From positions 1 to 4,858 of the IMG/VR virus record IMGVR_UViG_2603880147_000003: 4,858 bases of DNA. One strand, written 5' to 3'. This DNA comes from a virus. Its lineage: Duplodnaviria > Heunggongvirae > Uroviricota > Caudoviricetes. Every line of letters starts with the position of its first letter. Positions within the stretch are counted from its first letter, which is position 1. The position numbers and the translations under genes were made by a program. Below are positions 1-4,858 of this stretch, one piece after another. Under the pieces are notes generated by a model. It was not told the DNA's origin. It was given only the letters and a program-made list of their open reading frames with translations, and did no database searches.

Positions 1-2002
1 GCACATCAATTCTGTCGTTTGCGAAATTATATGCAATTGCGTTACTAACGCTTCCGGCATCATCATAATCGCGTTTCTGAATAAACCAGTCGCCAGCATT
101 AGCAATGAGAGTATAAGTGGGCGTGTTAGCCGGGCGATCTGTTTCATTAAATCTTATTGCTGGGTTAGCGCTCCTTATTTGTAAAGGTTTTTCAACCGTT
201 GATTTCAGTATCGCACTATCTACAATTAAATTACCTTCTGAGTTAAGGTTTAGATATTTTGAAGCACCAGTTGAACCATCGTATGTAAACCTTATTGTTA
301 ATTGACCTGGCTCATTTGATAAAGTCTCAACATACATATCAGCACCAAGACGCACAGTGCTGTCAGTTGCTAACAGTCTTGTATGGAGAATACCACTAGA
401 TGTGTATGTACTGGTCGAATCACTATATCTATCAAGAAATAGACTGTTAAGTTGAGGGCTATTGCTCCTGCCTAATCCAAGATTAGTTCTGGCACCATCA
501 ATAGTTGCCGCACCAGTACCACCATGAGAAACATCAAGTGGTATCCATTTTTTTTGTGTGTCGCTGTAACACCCCCATGTTGATCCGGTTAAACCCAGGC
601 GCATGGATTTATCATGGTTATATAACCATGTTTCGCTATTCCATTGGTCAAGACGGTCCACTTCATTTTTGCGAGCGTGGCGTGTCCATTGCGGGCCTGT
701 TGTCGGACTCCAGCGATAGGTATAAAGCGAGCGCGTAGCCCATCCCTGAAATACACCTGTATACGCTGGTGTTCCATCTACCTGACTAATAAACCCCGTA
801 AGACTGCTTTCACCGGATGCAATCGATGGAAAGCCTTTTGCATTACTCATAATGCGCATAAATCCGATATACCCTGATGGGTTGCCGGAAATATCAGGAC
901 AATCACGCGGGGCTGAGCCAAGACCGATATTATCGCCAACAATTACTTGCGCCTGGTTGCGATAATTAAGTGCGTCCGCCGCAGATTTCGCCGCGTTTGT
1001 TTCACTGGATTTAGCATTAGTTTCGCTGGCTTTAGCGTTTGTTTCGCTGCTCTTTGCTGCTGCCTCGCTATTTTTCGCGTTGGTTTCTGATTTTTTGGCT
1101 GCTGTCGCGGAGTTTGCCGATGCAGTTTGTGAGGCCGCTGCCGCCTGTGCGCTGTTATCCGCATTCGTCTCAGACGTTTTTGCGGCCTTCGCGGAATTTC
1201 CTGCCGCCGTTGCCGAGGAAGCTGCACTACTGGCACTTGATGATGCGTTCGTTTCTGATGATTTCGCTGCCTCTTTTGAGGCCGCCGCATCCCGGGCTGA
1301 GGTGGCAGCTTCTGACGCTTTCGTGGTCGCGGTGGATGCAGAAGTAGCTGCAGATTTTTGTGACGCTGCAGCATTCGTTTCTGACGTTTTCGCCGCACCG
1401 GCACTGGTAGCCGCCGCGCTTTTTGAGGACTCTGCAGCGGCAGCACTTTTTGATGCTTCAGTAGCCTTTGTTGATGCCGTTCCTGCGCTGGAAGACGCTG
1501 ACTGAGCCGACGTCGCGGCCTGCCCGGCTGATGTGCTGGCTGCACGTGCTGAGCCTGCAGCATCAGTCGCATGGGTTGCCGCCTTACGGGCTGATGTGCC
1601 GGCATCGCTGGCTGACTTCTTCGCGGCTGCCGTGTTCTGTGCCACTGCGGACGCGTTACGCGCCACCTCTTCCACCATCAGCTCAAAACGGCGCAGTGCC
1701 TCCGGACGGGCATCATCCTCCGTCATGGCACCGAGAAAATCATTCAGCGTACCGGGTCGGGAATCTTCATACACGGTGATGGTCCCGGCATGCGATGGCG
1801 GGAAGCCTTCCACCATCAGAATAACGCTGTACTGACCGTACTCAACGTCCATGCTGTAACGCCCGGCTTCATCCGGATTTTCTGAGGCCACCGTGTTCAC
1901 CACCACCGTGGTGCTGTTACGTTTTGCTTTCAGCTGGATTGTGCAGTTCTGTACCGGTTTACCTGCACCGTCTTTCAGTACACCTGAAATCTTTACTGCC
2001 AT
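1..2002 (-). CDS. stf: Side tail fibre protein Stf, partial (667 codons in window; C-terminus lies beyond the window start). Lambda-like N-terminal domain, Ala/Ser/Thr-rich repeat shaft, then a divergent C-terminal module.
   Basis: Hand translation of the minus strand from ATG at 2002..2000 runs without a stop to position 2, ending ...AYNFANDRIDV, and the frame agrees when translated independently from both ends. The N-terminus MAVKISGVLKDGAGKPVQNCTIQLKAKRNSTTVVVNTV...EYGQYSVIL...FPPSHAGTITVYED matches my recollection of phage lambda Stf. Position is immediately downstream of lom, as in lambda. A GGGGTG Shine-Dalgarno-like sequence lies 3-4 nt upstream. No minus-strand ORF in this frame appears in the supplied track, consistent with one open frame lacking an in-window stop. 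Confidence 0.88.
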   Translation of the reverse strand, partial: MAVKISGVLKDGAGKPVQNCTIQLKAKRNSTTVVVNTVASENPDEAGRYSMDVEYGQYSVILMVEGFPPSHAGTITVYEDSRPGTLNDFLGAMTEDDARPEALRRFELMVEEVARNASAVAQNTAAAKKSASDAGTSARKAATHATDAAGSARAASTSAGQAATSAQSASSSAGTASTKATEASKSAAAAESSKSAAATSAGAAKTSETNAAASQKSAATSASTATTKASEAATSARDAAASKEAAKSSETNASSSASSAASSATAAGNSAKAAKTSETNADNSAQAAAASQTASANSATAAKKSETNAKNSEAAAKSSETNAKASETNAKSSETNAAKSAADALNYRNQAQVIVGDNIGLGSAPRDCPDISGNPSGYIGFMRIMSNAKGFPSIASGESSLTGFISQVDGTPAYTGVFQGWATRSLYTYRWSPTTGPQWTRHARKNEVDRLDQWNSETWLYNHDKSMRLGLTGSTWGCYSDTQKKWIPLDVSHGGTGAATIDGARTNLGLGRSNSPQLNSLFLDRYSDSTSTYTSSGILHTRLLATDSTVRLGADMYVETLSNEPGQLTIRFTYDGSTGASKYLNLNSEGNLIVDSAILKSTVEKPLQIRSANPAIRFNETDRPANTPTYTLIANAGDWFIQKRDYDDAGSVSNAIAYNFANDRIDV
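993..1096 (-). repeat. About five imperfect tandem 21-bp repeats inside stf, encoding heptad-like S-E-T-N-A-K-x units of the fibre shaft
   Basis: Plus-strand units gcgtttgtttcactggattta / gcattagtttcgctggcttta / gcgtttgtttcgctgctcttt / gctgctgcctcgctattttt / gcgttggtttctgatttttt. Minus-strand translation gives ...KKSETNAKNSEAAAKSSETNAKASETNAKSSETNAAKS.... Further dispersed copies of the core (cgtttctgaYg) occur near 1160, 1255 and 1380. Confidence 0.6.
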
Positions 2003-2005
2003 ATT

Positions 2006-2011
2006 CACCCC
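2006..2011 (-). promoter_or_regulatory. Putative ribosome-binding site for stf (minus strand GGGGTG, 3-4 nt before the ATG)
   Basis: The minus strand reads TTTTTGTGGGGTGAAT-ATG. The purine-rich GGGGTG is the only Shine-Dalgarno-like element before the start; the spacing is slightly short. Confidence 0.4.
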
Positions 2012-2040
2012 ACAAAAAAGCCCGCCTGAACCGGCGGGCT
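2012..2040 (-). terminator. Rho-independent terminator downstream of lom
   Basis: Perfect 8-bp GC-rich stem (plus 2019-2026 agcccgcc pairing with 2033-2040 ggcgggct) with a 6-nt loop. On the minus strand it is followed directly by TTTTTTGTG. It lies 27 nt after the lom stop codon. Confidence 0.8.
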
Positions 2041-2066
2041 GTCATAACACTGTGTTACCTGGCTAA

Positions 2067-2666
2067 TCAGAATTTATAACCGACACCCACGATGAAACCG
2101 TCAGTGCGCCAGTCACCACTGCCGGAGCCTTCATAAGCAATATCAATGGCCACGGATTCGGTCGGGTTAAACTGCACGCCAGCCCCCCACGCCAGAGACG
2201 TGTTGCTGCGGCGACCGTCATCACTTCCGGTCAGCACTTCGTGCGTTTTCCCCTTGTTGTCAGTTACGCGGAGATAATCCCCGGAGAAAGTCGAAACACG
2301 GCTGTAAGCCACACCCGCCATCGCATACGCGCTAAACCATTCATTCACGCGCACAGACGGCCCCGCCATCACGCTGAACCAGCGGTTACGCACGGAATCT
2401 TCATGCCAGCGGGTATCGCTGTAATGAGTCAGCTGGCGATTCTTGTCTTCTGCATAGCTGAATGACGTCACCATCCCCAGCGTGTCCGTAAACTCATAGC
2501 GGTATTTCACGTTAATCCCGTTAAGATCATCGCTGCCGGGAACGTTCGTCGAGGCATGAAGATACCCCGCGCTCAGCGTGGACTGATGTTCAGACGCCCA
2601 TGCAGGCGCACCGGATACGACCAGACAGATGGCTGCGGACAAAATGGCTGCACAAACTTTACGCAT
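2067..2666 (-). CDS. lom: Outer membrane protein Lom (Ail/Lom/OmpX family 8-stranded beta-barrel), 199 aa; lambdoid-prophage moron
   Basis: Complete ORF from ATG 2666..2664 to TGA 2069..2067. The product MRKVCAAILSAAICLVVSGAPAWA/SEHQSTLSAGY...GFIVGVGYKF has a signal peptide with an AWA-S cleavage motif and a C-terminal aromatic residue (..GYKF) typical of outer-membrane beta-barrels. It closely resembles lambda Lom as I recall it. Gene order J-lom-stf matches lambda. A GAGAGG RBS lies 5 nt upstream. Confidence 0.95.
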   Translation of the reverse strand: MRKVCAAILSAAICLVVSGAPAWASEHQSTLSAGYLHASTNVPGSDDLNGINVKYRYEFTDTLGMVTSFSYAEDKNRQLTHYSDTRWHEDSVRNRWFSVMAGPSVRVNEWFSAYAMAGVAYSRVSTFSGDYLRVTDNKGKTHEVLTGSDDGRRSNTSLAWGAGVQFNPTESVAIDIAYEGSGSGDWRTDGFIVGVGYKF

Positions 2667-2670
2667 AATT

Positions 2671-2678
2671 ACCTCTCG
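2671..2678 (-). promoter_or_regulatory. Ribosome-binding site for lom (minus strand GAGAGGT)
   Basis: The minus strand reads AGCGAGAGGTAATT-ATG, a good Shine-Dalgarno match with about 5 nt spacing. Confidence 0.55.
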
Positions 2679-2687
2679 CTTTTCTGC

Positions 2688-2714
2688 AATAAAAAAGGCG
2701 TCATTCCTGACGCC
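2688..2714 (-). terminator. Rho-independent terminator between J and lom
   Basis: 7-bp stem (plus 2697-2703 ggcgtca pairing with 2708-2714 tgacgcc) with a 4-nt loop. On the minus strand it is followed by TTTTTTATT (plus 2688-2696). It lies about 23 nt after the J stop codon. Confidence 0.75.
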
Positions 2715-2736
2715 CTTTATTGGGGTTATAACAATT

Positions 2737-4858
2737 TCAACGAATACTGATGCCGGAAGCAGCCTTTTTGGTCACAATCACCGTACAGTCGGTGATATTG
2801 CCTGCCCCCTGATTGCCTTTCTGGAAAATCTTAAACTCCAGAGTGACGCTTCCCCTGCCACTCGGCATATCAATAACCGCACTGTAACTACCGGGAATGG
2901 CCCCTTTAGTTTCTCTGGATGCGATTAATACGCCGTTTTTGCGAACTTCAAAACCATACCCCGTGTACCTTGTACCTCCCGGGTTATCACCACTTCCCGG
3001 ATCATCATACGCTATACCGTTAAAGATAATGGGCGGAATAATGATTTGACGGTCAAAGTTATGATCATCGCTGATGGTGACTGTAACCGTCCCGTCTGGT
3101 GTTTCCGTGTTACCCCACGTACCAGCCTTTTTCGGGAATGATTTGGATACTGTTTTAACAAAATCACCTCTGACCTGATTCGCCTCCAGCATGCCCTTAA
3201 TCGTACAGTTTTCATTTACCGTGACATTGTTGAGCGTCCCGGCGTTCGCATTCACACTGCCACTGATATCCGCATTTTTAGCGGTCAGCTTTCCGTCTGA
3301 TGTCAGGGAAAATACCGGAGGACTGCCACCGCTGGTAATGGTGGGAGCCGTCAGGCGTTTCAGGAACACGTCATTCATGAATATCTGGTTGCCCTGCGCC
3401 ACAAACATCGGCGTTTCATTCCCGTTTGCCGGGTCAATAAACGCGATACGGTTAGCGGCAACCAGAAACTGGCTCAGCTTGCCTTCCTCCGTGTCCTCCA
3501 TGCTGAGGCCAATACCCGCGACATAATGTTTGCCGTCTTTGGTCTGCTCAATTTTGACGCCCCACATGGCATTCCATTTATCGTTAGCGTCCTTCCACTC
3601 TTTCGAAAACTCATCCAGTCTGCTGGCGTTATCCTCCGTCAGATCAACTTTTTCCAGCAGCTCTTTACCGAGATGGGATTCGGTTATCTTGCCTTTGAAA
3701 AAATCCAGGTAACCTTCCGCATCATCGCTCGCCCGACCGACGGCCTCCACGAATGCCGATTTGCCAACGGTGTTCACACTGCGGATATAAAAGTAATAAT
3801 CATGGCCCGGTTTGATATTGATACTGGCGGCTATCCAGTACAGCCCCGTGCCAAGGTAGCGGGCTGTGGTTTCAACCTGCCTGATATCGGCAATCCGCGT
3901 TTCCGAGAACCAGAACTCAAACTGTACCGTCGGATCATAAACCGCAAGATGCGGCGTGGCAGTTATCTGAAAATAGCCCGGTGTCAGCTCAATCCGAGAC
4001 GGCGCTGCCGGTGCGGCAATCCGGAACGATACCGATGCCGGATCGCCCTGCTGTCCCCACGCATTTACCGCCCGGACAGTCAGCCTGTAGTTCCCCGGCG
4101 CCAGTTGCGTGAAGCGGTATGTGGTTTCCGTCGTCCGGGCCGTGCTGACCAGCCGCTCACTGCCGTCATCCGCTGCCACGGTCAGGCGAAGCATAAAGCT
4201 CACCCCCTTCACCACCTTCGGCGTGTCCCAGCGCGCCAGTACCTGATACTCCCCACTGTCTGCGGTGACTTCTGCGGTCAGGTGCTGCACCGCGGGCGGC
4301 GTGACGCCATTCACCGTGCCGCTCAGGTCGCCGTCAAAGTGCGCCCCGTTATCCACGATGGCTTCTTTTTCCGGTACATGCTGCACGGCGGTGATGGCAT
4401 ACGTGCCGCCGTCGTTCTCACGGATACTCACGCAGCGGAACAGGCGCTGGCGCAGCGTCGGCAGCTTCAGCCCCCACACGCTGTATTCAGCAACGCCGTC
4501 AGGAACACGGCTCACTTTCACCTTCACGCCGTCGGTGACGGACTGAACCTCCACGCTGACCGGATTGCCACTTCCGTCAACCAGGCTTATCAGCGTGGTA
4601 CCGGAGGATGGCAGCGTGATTTCACGGTCGAGCGTCAGCGTCCGGGTCTGGCTGTTTACCGCCAGCACGCGCCCGCCGGTGCTGATACCGGCATAGTCAT
4701 CATCGCAGATTTCAATGACATCGCCCGGTACATGGCGAAGCCCTTCTGCGCCGACGCTGAAATCCACGGTCTGCGTTTCCAGCAGTTCTGTTTTAATCAG
4801 CCACAGCCCGGCGCGGTGTGCCTGCCCCCGACTGGTACAGCCAAAGGCATCCATCTTC
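2737..4858 (-). CDS. J: Tail tip / host specificity protein J, C-terminal 706+ residues (N-terminus beyond window end); contains FN3-like repeats and the C-terminal receptor-recognition region
   Basis: Open reading frame on the minus strand from the window edge to TGA at 2739..2737. The track's initial Met at 4854 is internal, since the preceding codon (Lys) is in frame with no stop. The product has fibronectin-III-like segments (e.g. ...[24 protein letters not shown]... and ...[23 protein letters not shown]...) and a conserved block ...[85 protein letters not shown]... that I recognise as J-family. It sits immediately upstream of lom, as in lambda. Confidence 0.93.
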   Translation of the reverse strand, partial: KMDAFGCTSRGQAHRAGLWLIKTELLETQTVDFSVGAEGLRHVPGDVIEICDDDYAGISTGGRVLAVNSQTRTLTLDREITLPSSGTTLISLVDGSGNPVSVEVQSVTDGVKVKVSRVPDGVAEYSVWGLKLPTLRQRLFRCVSIRENDGGTYAITAVQHVPEKEAIVDNGAHFDGDLSGTVNGVTPPAVQHLTAEVTADSGEYQVLARWDTPKVVKGVSFMLRLTVAADDGSERLVSTARTTETTYRFTQLAPGNYRLTVRAVNAWGQQGDPASVSFRIAAPAAPSRIELTPGYFQITATPHLAVYDPTVQFEFWFSETRIADIRQVETTARYLGTGLYWIAASINIKPGHDYYFYIRSVNTVGKSAFVEAVGRASDDAEGYLDFFKGKITESHLGKELLEKVDLTEDNASRLDEFSKEWKDANDKWNAMWGVKIEQTKDGKHYVAGIGLSMEDTEEGKLSQFLVAANRIAFIDPANGNETPMFVAQGNQIFMNDVFLKRLTAPTITSGGSPPVFSLTSDGKLTAKNADISGSVNANAGTLNNVTVNENCTIKGMLEANQVRGDFVKTVSKSFPKKAGTWGNTETPDGTVTVTISDDHNFDRQIIIPPIIFNGIAYDDPGSGDNPGGTRYTGYGFEVRKNGVLIASRETKGAIPGSYSAVIDMPSGRGSVTLEFKIFQKGNQGAGNITDCTVIVTKKAASGISIR

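Noticed and set aside
117-877. Short ORFs 117-305 (+), 505-738 (+), 644-877 (+), 589-777 (-)
   Set aside because: All lie within the continuous stf coding frame, either antisense or out of frame. None has a convincing RBS or recognisable sequence.
1-1000. Gin/Pin/Cin-type invertible tail-fibre segment (shufflon) with crossover sites
   Set aside because: I found no pair of inverted roughly 26-bp crossover-like repeats and no invertase gene in the window. The fibre appears to be a fixed lambda-type stf, although the sequence beyond the window start could not be examined.
943-1605. Minus-strand 220-aa ORF rich in Arg/Gln/Pro/Lys
   Set aside because: It is an alternate frame of the stf repeat region. 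The composition is extremely biased and non-protein-like, and the in-frame stf translation is lambda-like and continuous, so this is an out-of-frame artefact.
1039-1835. Plus-strand ORFs 1039-1347, 1080-1505 (Ala-rich, 141 aa), 1468-1779 and 1533-1835
   Set aside because: They are antisense to the GC-rich Ala/Ser/Thr repeat region of stf. Low-complexity, GC-rich repeats routinely leave all frames open. They have no RBS and no recognisable fold, so they are treated as artefacts.
2715-2740. Possible sigma-70 promoter for lom: a TTGAAA -35-like hexamer (minus strand, 2735-2740) overlapping the J stop codon
   Set aside because: No acceptable -10 hexamer lies at 15-18 bp spacing (best candidates TAAAGG / AAAGGG), and the region overlaps the terminator hairpin. 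A lom promoter may exist elsewhere, but I cannot support one from sequence alone.
2241-2928. Plus-strand ORFs 2241-2465, 2556-2750 and 2629-2928, overlapping lom and the J 3' end
   Set aside because: They are antisense to well-supported lom and J coding sequence, short, and without translation signals.
3012-4546. ORFs inside J: 3012-3215 (-), 3191-3526 (+), 3530-3712 (+), 4265-4546 (+)
   Set aside because: They are nested in or antisense to the long J frame, with no independent support.
1-4858. A novel defence or accessory system (restriction-modification, toxin-antitoxin, abortive infection, CRISPR) or RNA genes
   Set aside because: The entire window is accounted for by three recognisable structural/moron genes and their terminators. 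There are no direct-repeat arrays, tRNA-like structures or unexplained ORFs of credible size.

Overview
This window is the tail-fibre end of a lambdoid (phage lambda-like) prophage of an enteric bacterium, with everything encoded on the minus strand. In order along the minus strand it holds the 3' part of the host-specificity gene J (5' end beyond the window), the moron gene lom bracketed by two intrinsic terminators, and the 5' two-thirds of a side-tail-fibre gene stf (3' end beyond the window). All three coding calls rest on my own translation and recognition of lambda J/Lom/Stf-like sequence; no database search was possible. The stf reading frame is absent from the supplied ORF track, evidently because it has no stop codon inside the window; I translated it by hand and it stays open from 2002 to the window edge. 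I see no evidence of a previously undescribed system such as a defence island, toxin-antitoxin pair, CRISPR array or RNA gene. The most interesting signal is that stf is a mosaic: a lambda-like GC-rich N-terminus and Ala/Ser/Thr-rich repeat shaft are joined to a markedly AT-richer C-terminal module, which looks like a swapped receptor-binding domain. All other plus-strand and alternate-frame ORFs in the track are judged to be antisense or out-of-frame artefacts.
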